A stretch of DNA of 64,000 bases, from the NCBI GenBank assembly GCA_021781955.1, contig JAJXVV010000002.1, forward strand, positions 10,730-74,729, written 5' to 3'. A program made the translations under genes and the position numbers. Source of the stretch: a bacterium (lineage in GTDB: Bacteria > Patescibacteriota > Minisyncoccia > Phycocordibacterales > UBA2100). The notes beneath the pieces are model-generated. The model saw nothing but the letters and a program-made list of their open reading frames with translations, was not told the origin of the DNA and searched no databases. Below are positions 32,717 through 41,847 of this stretch, piece by piece. Each line of letters begins with the position of its first letter. The first letter of the stretch is position 1.

Positions 32717-34138
32717 ATGGACCTCTCTACGCTCACCATCGCGCAAGCACGCAAAGACCTCGACGCGAAGAAGTATTCGGCGCTCGAATTGAGCCAGGCA
32801 TACCTCGACGCGATCGCGAAGAAGGACCAGGGCATTCACGCATACCTCGAGGTGTGGGCCGACTCCGCGCAGAAAGAGGCGAAGCATGCGGACGAATTGA
32901 TAAAAGCGGGAAAGTCGCAAGCCCTGACCGGTATCCCGCTCGCCATCAAGGACAACATCCTCATCGAGGGCCGCACCTGTTCCTCGGCGTCCAAAATGCT
33001 CGAGCATTACAAGGCGAGCTACGACGCGACCGTCATCACCAAGCTCAAAGCGGAGGGCGCGGTCTTCCTCGGACGCACAAACATGGACGAGTTCGCGATG
33101 GGGAGCTCGACCGAGAACTCCGCCTTCGGCCCGACGATGAACCCGCACGACACGACGCGGGTGCCGGGCGGATCATCGGGCGGTTCGGCCGCTGCGGTCG
33201 CCGCAGGAATGGCGCTCGCCGCGCTGGGGAGCGACACCGGCGGCTCCATTCGTCAGCCGTCGTCGCACTGCGGGTTGGTCGGTCTCAAGCCGACCTACGG
33301 CGCGGTTTCGCGCTACGGCCTCATGCCGATGGGCTCCTCGCTCGATCAGATCGGGCCTCTTGCGCGTACCGTCGATGATGCGCGGATTCTCTTCGAAGAG
33401 ATACGCGGTTACGATGCGCAGGACAGTACCTCGAATCCGGACGGCATGTACAAGGCGGGGAAGGTCCGCAAAGTGATCGGCGTGCCGCGTGCGTTCCTCG
33501 AGAAAGGCGTCGACCCCGACGTGCTCGCGCTTTTCAATGCGACGATCGAGCGGTTGCGGAAGGCGGGTTACCAGATCGAAGACGTTGCGATGCCGAATCT
33601 GCCGTACGCGCTTCCCGTGTACTACGTTGTCTGTCCGGCGGAGGTGTCGACCAATCTCGCCCGCTACGACGGCGTCCGCTACGGGCTTTCGGTACCGGCC
33701 GCGACGGTAGGAGAGTCGTACGAGAAAATCCGTGCTGCCGGTTTTGGGCCGGAGACGCGCCGGCGCATCGTGCTCGGCACCTTCGTACTCTCTTCAGGTT
33801 ATGCCGATGCTTACTACCGCACCGCGCGAGCAGTGCGCGATGTTATCCGCGCCGATTTCACGAACGCGTTCAAGGAGGTCGACTGCGTCGCGATGCCGAC
33901 GGCACCCGGCCCGGCCTTCAAGCTCGGCGAGAAAACGAGTGATCCGCTCGCGATGTACCTGGAAGATATCTTTAGTGTGACGGCGAACCTCGCCGGCGTG
34001 CCGGCGCTCTCGGTGCCTGCGGGCACGGTTGCACGCGAAGGAAAGCAGCTGCCGGTCGGCTTCCAGCTCATGGGCGCGCACGGCGGGGAAGACATGCTTT
34101 TTGCTATCGCGAAGGACGTAGAAAGGACCGGAGCATAA
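32717..34138 (+). CDS. gatA: Asp/Glu-tRNA amidotransferase subunit A
   Basis: GGSSGGSAAAV, SDTGGSIRQP, RYDGVRYG. Confidence 0.95.
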   Translation: MDLSTLTIAQARKDLDAKKYSALELSQAYLDAIAKKDQGIHAYLEVWADSAQKEAKHADELIKAGKSQALTGIPLAIKDNILIEGRTCSSASKMLEHYKASYDATVITKLKAEGAVFLGRTNMDEFAMGSSTENSAFGPTMNPHDTTRVPGGSSGGSAAAVAAGMALAALGSDTGGSIRQPSSHCGLVGLKPTYGAVSRYGLMPMGSSLDQIGPLARTVDDARILFEEIRGYDAQDSTSNPDGMYKAGKVRKVIGVPRAFLEKGVDPDVLALFNATIERLRKAGYQIEDVAMPNLPYALPVYYVVCPAEVSTNLARYDGVRYGLSVPAATVGESYEKIRAAGFGPETRRRIVLGTFVLSSGYADAYYRTARAVRDVIRADFTNAFKEVDCVAMPTAPGPAFKLGEKTSDPLAMYLEDIFSVTANLAGVPALSVPAGTVAREGKQLPVGFQLMGAHGGEDMLFAIAKDVERTGA

Positions 34139-34163
34139 GGTTCCGACAGGGTATACTGTCCCC

Positions 34164-34865
34164 ATGGATCCCGGAACATCGATTGGCGGCTCGCTCGGGT
34201 GGGCGCTGTGGTACATCGGCGAGATCGCGTTCAAGTGGGTGCCGGGCGCGGTCGTCGCGACCGTCGGCACCGCTCCCGCCGCCGCCGACCTTCCGCCGCC
34301 TCCTTCCGCGATAACCGCGCCGATCTCCGTACAGCAAGTTGTCGATTACCTGCAGACCGCGAGCGCGCCCGGCGTGTACGACCAGCTGTACCAGGGATGG
34401 AGCACGTTCGTCGCTTTTTCCATACTCATGACGCTCGCTTTTATGGCGATCGTCGTGTACGCCTCGATCCGCATGTTCCAGATCCGGCAGATGGAGCGCC
34501 GCCGTTTCGCGGCGGCGCAGCATACCGTCGCCTCGCGAGACGTGCCCAAGACGCATTTGCGGTGGGATCGCGTCGTGCAGGAAGTAACCTCCGACAACGA
34601 GCGGGACTGGCGCCTCGCCATCCTCGAAGCCGACATCATGCTGAATGAGCTTCTCGACACGCAGGGGTACAAGGGCGAGACCATCGCCGACAAACTGCGC
34701 GCGGTCGACCCGGCAGAGTTCCGTTCCGTCGAGGCCGCGTGGGAAGCGCACAAATTCCGCAACAAGATCGCGCATGAATCCAACCTCAACCTGCTCTCCG
34801 CGCGCGACGCGCGGCATGTCATCGCGCTCTACGAGCGCGTGTTCAAGGAATTCCATTTCCTCTAA
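34164..34865 (+). CDS. Conserved membrane protein of unknown function
   Basis: TM segment, then WRLAILEAD..L...G.T..DKL...AWEAHK.RN.IAHE. Confidence 0.7.
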   Translation: MDPGTSIGGSLGWALWYIGEIAFKWVPGAVVATVGTAPAAADLPPPPSAITAPISVQQVVDYLQTASAPGVYDQLYQGWSTFVAFSILMTLAFMAIVVYASIRMFQIRQMERRRFAAAQHTVASRDVPKTHLRWDRVVQEVTSDNERDWRLAILEADIMLNELLDTQGYKGETIADKLRAVDPAEFRSVEAAWEAHKFRNKIAHESNLNLLSARDARHVIALYERVFKEFHFL

Positions 34866-34910
34866 AGCGTTTTCGTTGCATCGAGATTTCTGCTATAGTA
34901 GAGTAGCGAT

Positions 34911-34982
34911 AGCGGGGTGGAGCAGTAGTAGCTCGCCAGGCTCATAACCTGGAGGTCGTGGGTGCAAGTCCCACCCCCGCAA
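34911..34982 (+). tRNA. tRNA-Met(CAT), probably initiator
   Basis: Cloverleaf with CT-CAT-AA loop and unpaired A1/A72. Confidence 0.88.
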
Positions 34983-35048
34983 CACGGCTGTGACGCCTGG
35001 AACCAATACCGACTGGCCTTAAAACCAGTACGGTACCGCCAGGCTCCA

Positions 35049-35085
35049 AACACAAAAGGCGCGATCGAATCGCGCCTTTTGTGTT
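35049..35085. terminator. Bidirectional hairpin terminator
   Basis: 17-bp stem AACACAAAAGGCGCGAT-CGA-ATCGCGCCTTTTGTGTT. Confidence 0.75.
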
Positions 35086-35095
35086 GACGAAACCG

Positions 35096-35260
35096 CTACT
35101 CGATCCTCACTTTTTTATCCTCGATCGCCAATTTGCCTTTGAGATATTGCAGCAGATCGCGTTTCTCTTCGAGCGTGCCTTCTTCGAGTAGGTACTTCGC
35201 ATAGGCCTTGACGTTCATATCGCTTTTGCCGCTGACGGTGCCCGGATAGGCGAGGTCGAT
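35096..35260 (-). pseudogene. C-terminal remnant of a large serine recombinase
   Basis: YAKYLLEEGTLEEKRDLL..LKGKL tail, pointing at the tRNA 3' end; recognised by recall only. Confidence 0.5.
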
Positions 35261-35514
35261 GCCTAGATTCCGGAAACTCGTGATATTTTTCTCCGGCTCG
35301 ACCGACTTCGTGAAGCGCGGCACCCGAGCGGATACTCACGGGACTCAGACTCTTCGAGTTCAAGTGCGCGTGATTCGACGAGAAGCACTACTTCAAGTTC
35401 CACCCCTTGCACGTCGTGAAGAAGCTCCAGCGCAAGCGCCGCAAGCAAGCCACCGTCTCGTATGGCGAGCTTCGATAATTTGGGTTTGTTTGGGTTTTTG
35501 ACGATAAAAAAGCA

Positions 35515-35865
35515 ATGCAAATCGATCCAGAAAATAAAGACGCGCGTTTATGTGTTTCTTCAGGATATACTGAAGAAGTGAAAAATGCGCGAGCGCTTTC
35601 GTCAGAGGAAAAACCAAAGCTGGAGAAATTCAATTTTGAACGCATGAAAGTTGCCGCGACAAGCGAGAATCCAAAGATCAGAAAGCAGACTTTTGTGGAA
35701 TACTTTGAACGTTTTTCTGAATTCCCGTCGTACCTCTTTGATAATTCAGAAGGGATCGACTGCCATCTCCTCGAGACCATCCATGATATGCAAGCGGATC
35801 CGCTCATGACGAAGGAGCTTCAAGGCGGAATCGCTCTGCTTCTGCAACGGCTCATATTGGAATAA
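35515..35865 (+). CDS. Hypothetical protein
   Basis: 116-aa AT-rich ORF followed by a terminator. Confidence 0.55.
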   Translation: MQIDPENKDARLCVSSGYTEEVKNARALSSEEKPKLEKFNFERMKVAATSENPKIRKQTFVEYFERFSEFPSYLFDNSEGIDCHLLETIHDMQADPLMTKELQGGIALLLQRLILE

Positions 35866-35871
35866 TTTCAC

Positions 35872-35900
35872 GCAAAAGCGCCCCGGGCGGGGCGCTTTGC
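35872..35900. terminator. Bidirectional hairpin between convergent genes
   Basis: GCAAAAGCGCCCCG-GG-CGGGGCGCTTTGC. Confidence 0.65.
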
Positions 35901-35915
35901 ACAAACCGTTATAGG

Positions 35916-36116
35916 TTAGACGCGGCTGACTTTGACGGCGTTGGGTCCTTTCGGACTTTCAGCGACCTCAAAGCTGACCTTGTCGCCCTCGCGAAGCTCG
36001 TCGAACTTTACGTTCAAGAGTTCGTTGGAGTGGAAAAAGAGATCTTTTTCGCGACCTTCGACTTTGATGAATCCGAAACCCTTTTCAGTGAGACGGGCGA
36101 TAGTTCCTTCTTGCAT
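35916..36116 (-). CDS. csp: Cold-shock protein
   Basis: KGFGFI (RNP1), LFFH (RNP2), KGPNA; 66 aa. Confidence 0.92.
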   Translation of the reverse strand: MQEGTIARLTEKGFGFIKVEGREKDLFFHSNELLNVKFDELREGDKVSFEVAESPKGPNAVKVSRV

Positions 36117-36218
36117 GACAATTGGAAAAAACTCTGTTTGTAATTGCATCAAGACAGGAGACTGGAGTTGAAGCTCGATCCGTACTTAAACTGGATCAGG
36201 TCCCGGTTTGATATCCAA

Positions 36219-36247
36219 AATGTATCATACCGAGATTTGCCTGTCAA
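36219..36247 (-). promoter_or_regulatory. Sigma70 promoter of csp with ~95-nt 5' UTR
   Basis: TTGACA-N17-TACATT with extended TG. Confidence 0.65.
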
Positions 36248-36257
36248 GTACCCGCAG

Positions 36258-36746
36258 TTACTTTAACGACGCTGCTGATTTCAGTTCCAAAATCTGAAGA
36301 GATCTCATATAGCGGCGGACCCAGTCCATAAACTGCATACGATGCTTATCCAGTGTCCAAAAGTCTCCGTCTTGGAATAACTTCGGACTTTCTTCCCGGA
36401 ATTTCTTCAAGAGAAAGATGGACGCGGGGGTAAATTGTTCCGGCAAGCCCTCATTGTAGGTATCAAGGAAATCTTTGATGGACAGTTTTCTCTCGCTCCT
36501 TTCTTTTTCGGGGTCGGGATTTCTCAGAGGGTTAATTATACCATAAAGATCTATTTCGTGAAGGGCGATTCTAAGCGAATTCAATCGCAGAATTGCTGCT
36601 TCAACGAACGAAAAGCAGCGGAACTTGCACCAGTGGAAGTCTGGTCCCGGCAACAGCATTGTGATGCCGCGAAATGGCCGGTCTTTTGTGCGTGGACGAA
36701 TGTTCGGGCGAAGGTAGCCGCAGCGCCATAGCGGCGATGTCTCCAT
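36258..36746 (-). CDS. Hypothetical protein; start uncertain, the C-terminal ~90 aa look real
   Basis: FLDTYN..LP..F..AS..LL..FRE..P.LF....W.LDKHR..FMDW. Confidence 0.4.
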   Translation of the reverse strand: METSPLWRCGYLRPNIRPRTKDRPFRGITMLLPGPDFHWCKFRCFSFVEAAILRLNSLRIALHEIDLYGIINPLRNPDPEKERSERKLSIKDFLDTYNEGLPEQFTPASIFLLKKFREESPKLFQDGDFWTLDKHRMQFMDWVRRYMRSLQILELKSAASLK

Positions 36747-36804
36747 CGAAAGCGAGAAAGGAAAAGGGACGACCGTTACCGTCCGGCTGCCGATCGCAAG
36801 CTGA
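36721..36804 (+). pseudogene. Extreme C-terminal remnant of a sensor histidine kinase
   Basis: QRHSGDVSIESEKGKGTTVTVRLP-stop, preceded in frame by TAG. Confidence 0.65.
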
Positions 36805-36906
36805 CCACTTCTTAGTTGACCAGACCGATAGATACGGTTGTGCCACGCGACTCCTCTCGCGTCCGATAAGTATGCTTGAGCCGCTCAGGTAGGGTATACT
36901 GCCGGC

Positions 36907-37350
36907 ATGACCGAGTCGCACATACCGCATCCGCGCATAGCCGAACGGGAGAAGACGGGGATGCATCAGATACGTCGGGCCGAGACGCTCGATCTCAACA
37001 ATCGCATCGCGCTCTTCATCAGCTCGCGATTTGGCACCATGTGGGCCTTCTACGCGCTCCTTCTGTGGATGCTCGGGTGGGTGGTGCTCGCGACCGCAGG
37101 CATCGGCCTCTTCCGCAACGACCCGTACCCGTTCACCTTTCTCCTCTTCTTGAGCAACATCGTGCAACTTTTGGCGCTTCCTGTCCTTGCGGTCGGTCAG
37201 CAAATATTGAGCCGCGCCTCCGATAAGCAGGCGGAACAAACCTACAAAGACGCTGAGGCGATGCTCAAATTGCAGGACGAAGTGCACCGGCTCCTCAAGG
37301 TCAACAACGAGCTTACGGAAGAGATCCACAAATCAGTCATCAATCGATAG
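36907..37350 (+). CDS. DUF1003-like membrane protein
   Basis: FGTMW.F, DPYPF.FL.F.SN..QL..LP...VGQ. Confidence 0.78.
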   Translation: MTESHIPHPRIAEREKTGMHQIRRAETLDLNNRIALFISSRFGTMWAFYALLLWMLGWVVLATAGIGLFRNDPYPFTFLLFLSNIVQLLALPVLAVGQQILSRASDKQAEQTYKDAEAMLKLQDEVHRLLKVNNELTEEIHKSVINR

Positions 37351-37470
37351 GGAGCAGCAGCGAGGCTGCGAAAGAAATCGTATCGACGACCTGTATGAAC
37401 AGGTAACGCGGCCTACGGACGGGGCTCAAGGTGGCGCGTGGGGCCTTATCAAGTAGCAACTCTCTCGCAT

Positions 37471-38295
37471 ATGAAGAAGGGTGTTTGGTATTCTCTAGCG
37501 GGCTCGGTTCTCATGAGCTCGCTTCTTATCGGCACGGCGTTCGCGCAGAGCGCGCCGCAAAATCCTCCGCAAGGACGGGGAGGCTGGGGCGGCCCCGGCC
37601 GTGGCGGTCGCATGATGGCGCGTGCGCCGGGCGTCTTTGGCACGGTCTCCTCAGTGAGCGGCACGACGCTCACGGTGACCGCGAGATCGTTCGTGCGACC
37701 GAACGCTACGAATAGCGGTTCTGCGAACACGAACAGCGCGGGCACTGTCTACACGGTCGACGCGAGCAATGCGATCGTCATGAAAGGCAACGCCACCTCG
37801 ACGCTCTCGGCAGTCGCCGTCGGTGACACGGTCATGGTGCAGGGCACGGTGAGCGGCACGTCGGTCACCGCAACCGAGATCCGCGACGGTCTCCCGCAGC
37901 GCGGCGCAGGATTCGGTCGCCCGGGATTCGGTCAGGGGAACGCTGCGACGACGATCAAAGGCAACGGACAGCCGGTGGTCGGCGGCACCGTCGGCACGGT
38001 GAGCGGCTCGACGTTCACCATGACGACCGCGCAAGGCGACATCACGTACAACGTCGACGCGTCTTCGGCGACGGTCACGAAAGACAACGCGACCTCGTCG
38101 GTTTCTTCGATCGCCTCCGGCGACAAGGTGCTCGTGCAGGGTAGCGTCAACGGCACGTCGGTCACGGCCTCGACGGTCATCGATCAAGGGAATGCTTCAA
38201 TGCAACCCGGCACCCAAAGCGGCATCCCCCAGAGATTCCGGGGTTTCCTGGGCGTCATCGGCGGGTTCTTCCACCGCCTGTTCGGATTTTTCTGA
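37471..38295 (+). CDS. Secreted protein with two DUF5666-like OB repeats
   Basis: Signal peptide; duplicated GTV..VSG.T.T.T...Y.VDAS.A.V.K.NATS.....A.GD.V.VQG.V.GTSVTA. Confidence 0.75.
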   Translation: MKKGVWYSLAGSVLMSSLLIGTAFAQSAPQNPPQGRGGWGGPGRGGRMMARAPGVFGTVSSVSGTTLTVTARSFVRPNATNSGSANTNSAGTVYTVDASNAIVMKGNATSTLSAVAVGDTVMVQGTVSGTSVTATEIRDGLPQRGAGFGRPGFGQGNAATTIKGNGQPVVGGTVGTVSGSTFTMTTAQGDITYNVDASSATVTKDNATSSVSSIASGDKVLVQGSVNGTSVTASTVIDQGNASMQPGTQSGIPQRFRGFLGVIGGFFHRLFGFF

Positions 38296-38310
38296 ACGAT
38301 GTATAAGTGG

Positions 38311-38346
38311 AAAGCAGCCGCCGACCTGAGGGTCGGCGGCTGCTTT
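38311..38346. terminator. Bidirectional terminator
   Basis: 16-bp stem AAAGCAGCCGCCGACC-TGAG-GGTCGGCGGCTGCTTT. Confidence 0.75.
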
Positions 38347-38355
38347 GTCCGGTCG

Positions 38356-38535
38356 TCACGGTTCCGCAAGCGCGGCGAGCGTGAATTGCGCCGCGACGAA
38401 GAATATCCAAATGATGAGGGTAAGTATGAACTGCTTGCCGTCCCACAGCAGGATCATTTTGCCGAACGAATAGACGAGGTATGTGCTCACGAGCGCGAGC
38501 AGGATGGAGTTGATGAGCAGCATCGTGTGCCACAT
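38356..38535 (-). CDS. 59-aa two-TM small protein (absent from ORF track)
   Basis: MWHTMLLINSILLALVSTYLVYSFGKMILLWDGKQFILTLIIWIFFVAAQFTLAALAEP; TAGAAT 6 nt before the ATG; terminator follows. Confidence 0.65.
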   Translation of the reverse strand: MWHTMLLINSILLALVSTYLVYSFGKMILLWDGKQFILTLIIWIFFVAAQFTLAALAEP

Positions 38536-38559
38536 GTTTTCATTCTACTACATCATCGG

Positions 38560-38633
38560 TGTCGGGGGTGGGGATCGAACCCACGACCTTAGCGTTATGA
38601 ATGCTACGCTCTTACCAACTGAGCTACCCCGAC
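38560..38633 (-). tRNA. tRNA(CAT), elongator Met (Ile2 not excluded)
   Basis: GTCGGGG/CCCCGAC acceptor, TT-CAT-AA loop. Confidence 0.9.
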
Positions 38634-38661
38634 AAAGGCAAAGAGGCAAAGAACAGACTTG

Positions 38662-38736
38662 CGCGAGCGGCGGGACTCGAACCCGTAACCTCTCCCGTGA
38701 CAGGGGAGTGCTCTAACCAAATTGAGCTACGCCCGC
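38662..38736 (-). tRNA. tRNA-Asp(GTC)
   Basis: GCGGGCG/CGCTCGC acceptor, CT-GTC-AC loop, G73. Confidence 0.95.
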
Positions 38737-38794
38737 AAGCGAAGGCATTCTAGCAGAAAACAACCATCAAAGGAATGTGCTACCATGGGGTCGT

Positions 38795-39403
38795 ATGCTG
38801 ACGAACGGCATGAGTGCAGGCGGCAAGGGAAAGGAGGGTATAGAGAGAGCGCCGGAAGTCGAAGCACGCAAGCTCGAGCCGCGAGAGCTTTCCGAGTTCT
38901 CCCCGCAGATCCTTCGTCTGCGGTTCGATGCGCTCGATCATGCGAACGATAAGGCGGCGACGTTCCATCGCAAAGAGGCGTTCGATCCAGTCGCGCTCGA
39001 AGCGCGCAGCGTAGGATCGGACGTGATGACCTTCGTTGCGACGCAAGGCAAAATGGTCGTCGGGTTCCTCGCCATGGACCTCGATAGGGGCGCGAAGGAG
39101 TCGAGCATCAATGTTTGCTGGACGAAAGACAAGGGGAAGGCGCAGCGCGCGACGATCGCGCTATTGCTCGCAAGCGTGAAAGAGGAGCTGATGCGCCGCG
39201 GCTACGTGCGCGCGGACGTGCCGAAAGATGCCGGCTTGAGCAAGGCGATGCATAAGGAGGCGGGTAATCCGGCGCTCCACCATTTCTTCGATGAGCTGGA
39301 GGTCGCAGAACGCGAAGAGGCGCCATCCGCCATTGAGGGCGCGCGCGAAGCGCCGATTGCCGCGAACGATACTGAAGAGCCGGACAGCAAGGGCGCCGCA
39401 TGA
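38795..39403 (+). CDS. Hypothetical protein, possible degenerate GNAT fold
   Basis: FVATQGKMVVGFLAM-like beta hairpin; coupled to the next gene. Confidence 0.5.
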   Translation: MLTNGMSAGGKGKEGIERAPEVEARKLEPRELSEFSPQILRLRFDALDHANDKAATFHRKEAFDPVALEARSVGSDVMTFVATQGKMVVGFLAMDLDRGAKESSINVCWTKDKGKAQRATIALLLASVKEELMRRGYVRADVPKDAGLSKAMHKEAGNPALHHFFDELEVAEREEAPSAIEGAREAPIAANDTEEPDSKGAA

Positions 39404-40029
39404 GCACGCCGCGGGAGCTATACGAGGCCTACCGCATTATGCCGGATTTGCGCCTGCACCAGCTGCGGGTCGCGGCGGTCGGCAAGCGGATTTGCAACCA
39501 TTTCTCGGAGCCGATCGACACGGACGAGGTCGTGCTCGCGTGCCTTTTTCACGACATGGGCAACATCGTGAAGTTCGATCTCGGCTACTTTCCGGAGGCG
39601 CTCGAACCGCGCGGACGCGAGTATTGGGAGCAGGTGAAGCGGGAAACGGAGGAACGGTACGGCACTGAACAGCACGAGGTTTCCGCAGCGATAGGCAGAG
39701 AGATCGGGCTCTCCGAACAGGCGCTCAACATGATAGTGCATGCTGGGTATCGGGACATGCCGGCTATCGTCGAGAGCGAAAACTGGGCGTGGAAGATGCT
39801 AAAGTACGCCGACTTGCGCGTCGCGCCGCACGGCGTCGTCTCGCTCGAAGAAAGGTTCGCCGACTTCGCGGTACGCTACCGCAGCAAGGTGTCCGACCGA
39901 GAAACCCTTGCGCAAGGGAAGACGCTCGAAGCACAGATATTCGCGCATGCGAGCATCCAGCCCGAGGACATCACGGACGCCACGGTCGCCCCCCTCATCG
40001 AGGAATTGTCGGAGTATCCCGTCTCGTGA
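39400..40029 (+). CDS. HD-domain protein
   Basis: H..RVA.V, ACLFHDMG, YADLR. Confidence 0.85.
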   Translation: MSTPRELYEAYRIMPDLRLHQLRVAAVGKRICNHFSEPIDTDEVVLACLFHDMGNIVKFDLGYFPEALEPRGREYWEQVKRETEERYGTEQHEVSAAIGREIGLSEQALNMIVHAGYRDMPAIVESENWAWKMLKYADLRVAPHGVVSLEERFADFAVRYRSKVSDRETLAQGKTLEAQIFAHASIQPEDITDATVAPLIEELSEYPVS

Positions 40030-40046
40030 TATCCTCTGACCTGTTC

Positions 40047-40119
40047 GCCGAAGTAGCTCAGTTGGTAGAGCACCCCCATGGTAAGGGGGAGGTCACCGGT
40101 TCAATCCCGGTCTTCGGCT
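40047..40119 (+). tRNA. tRNA-Thr(GGT)
   Basis: GCCGAAG/CTTCGGC acceptor, AT-GGT-AA loop. Confidence 0.95.
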
Positions 40120-40165
40120 CTCGATATTTGAGGCAATGTGTTTTTGCCGTACGATATCGATGTAC

Positions 40166-40238
40166 GCCGCCTTAGCTCAGTTGGTAGAGCACCGCTTTCG
40201 TAAAGCGGGGGTCCCGAGTTCAAATCTCGGAGGCGGCT
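40166..40238 (+). tRNA. tRNA-Thr(CGT)
   Basis: GCCGCCT/AGGCGGC acceptor, TT-CGT-AA loop. Confidence 0.95.
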
Positions 40239-40239
40239 C

Positions 40240-41136
40240 ATGGACAAGACTGACATCGAGAAGCGCGTCGCGGAGATCGAGGCGGCGATGGGCGCGGTCG
40301 ACTTTTGGAGCGATGTCGCGAAGGCGCAGGCCGCGGTGAAAGAATATCAAGACCTCAAGGCGCAGCTTGCGGGAGGCGTTGGCTACGACAAAAGCGACGC
40401 CATCGTCTCCATTATCTCCGGCGCTGGCGGCGACGATGCCGAGGATTTCTCGCGCATCCTTTTCGATATGTACGGCAAGTACATCGCCTCGCGCGGGTGG
40501 AAGACCGCGATGCTCTCGTCCAACGAGAACTCGATGGGCGGCTTTCGCAGCCTTTCATTCGAAGTGACGGGGAACGGTGCGTACGGCTCTCTCAAAAGAG
40601 AGGCGGGCGTGCACCGGCTCGTGCGCATGTCGCCGTTCAACTCCGCAGGGAAGCGCCAAACAAGCTTCTCGCTCGTCGAGGTATTGCCGAAGCTTCCGGA
40701 TCAGGGCGACCTCCATATCCCTGAGGGCGATCTTGAGATCACAGTCGCGCGGGCGGGCGGCCCCGGCGGGCAGAATGTCAACAAGCGCGATACGGCGGTG
40801 CGCATGACCCACAAGCCGACCAGTCTCACGGTGCACGTCACCTCGGAGCGTTCTCAGATGCAGAACAAAGAGAAAGCGCTTGAGATGCTGCGCGGCAAAC
40901 TCTTTCAACTGCGCGAGGAGGCGGCAGAAAAAGAAGCGCGCGGCCTCTCAGCCGGTGCATCCACCAAAATAGAATGGGGAAGCCAGATCCGTTCCTATGT
41001 ATTACACCCGTACCAACTCGTGAAGGATCATCGTACCGACCACGAGCGCCGCGACGTCGAAAGAGTCCTCGACGGCGATATCCAGAGTTTCATCGATGCA
41101 GAACAAGGGTTGGACAACACGGCGACTGCGTTATAA
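40240..41136 (+). CDS. prfB: Peptide chain release factor 2, short form
   Basis: [11 protein letters not shown] (SPF), [17 protein letters not shown]. Confidence 0.9.
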   Translation: MDKTDIEKRVAEIEAAMGAVDFWSDVAKAQAAVKEYQDLKAQLAGGVGYDKSDAIVSIISGAGGDDAEDFSRILFDMYGKYIASRGWKTAMLSSNENSMGGFRSLSFEVTGNGAYGSLKREAGVHRLVRMSPFNSAGKRQTSFSLVEVLPKLPDQGDLHIPEGDLEITVARAGGPGGQNVNKRDTAVRMTHKPTSLTVHVTSERSQMQNKEKALEMLRGKLFQLREEAAEKEARGLSAGASTKIEWGSQIRSYVLHPYQLVKDHRTDHERRDVERVLDGDIQSFIDAEQGLDNTATAL

Positions 41137-41154
41137 TGGTTCTTTACGTTCGCC

Positions 41155-41838
41155 ATGATCTACTACGACCAGGTAACGAAACGCTACTGGGACAACGCGC
41201 CCGCAGCGGTCGAAGAGGTGACGCTCGGAATAGAGCCGGGCGAGTTCGTTTCAATCGTCGGTCACTCCGGCGCAGGGAAGACGACGCTCCTCAAGATGCT
41301 CTTCGCCGAGATACTGCCGTCGAGCGGCACCATTTACTTCGGCGAACGTGAGGTGCCGAATCTCACCAACGGCGAGCTCTTGCGGCTTCGCCGCAACATC
41401 GGTACCGTGTTCCAGGATTTCCGCCTCTTGCCCACCAAGAACGTGTTCGAGAACGTGGCGTTCGCGCTCGAGGTCGCCGGACGCTCCGACGAGGACATCC
41501 GTGCCGACGTGCCGCATGTTCTCGAGCTCGTCGGCCTTGCCGACAAGATATGGAATTTCCCCCACGAGCTCTCCGGCGGCGAGCAGCAGCGGGTCGCGAT
41601 CGCGCGCGCCATCGTCAATCAGCCCGACGTCTTGATCGCCGACGAGCCGACCGGCAACCTCGACCCCATCAACGCGCACGATGTCGTCGAGATCCTGAAG
41701 AAGATCAACGATCTCGGCACGACCGTCATCTTGACGACGCACAACAAATCCGTCGTCGATGCTGCCGGCCGTCGCGTCGTCACGATGGACCAGGGACGCA
41801 TCGTCCGCGACGACAAGCAGGGGAAATACGTCCTGTAG
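41155..41838 (+). CDS. ftsE: Cell division ATP-binding protein FtsE
   Basis: GHSGAGKTT, FQDFRLL, LSGGEQQR, DEPTGNLD. Confidence 0.92.
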   Translation: MIYYDQVTKRYWDNAPAAVEEVTLGIEPGEFVSIVGHSGAGKTTLLKMLFAEILPSSGTIYFGEREVPNLTNGELLRLRRNIGTVFQDFRLLPTKNVFENVAFALEVAGRSDEDIRADVPHVLELVGLADKIWNFPHELSGGEQQRVAIARAIVNQPDVLIADEPTGNLDPINAHDVVEILKKINDLGTTVILTTHNKSVVDAAGRRVVTMDQGRIVRDDKQGKYVL

Positions 41839-41847
41839 AATATATTC

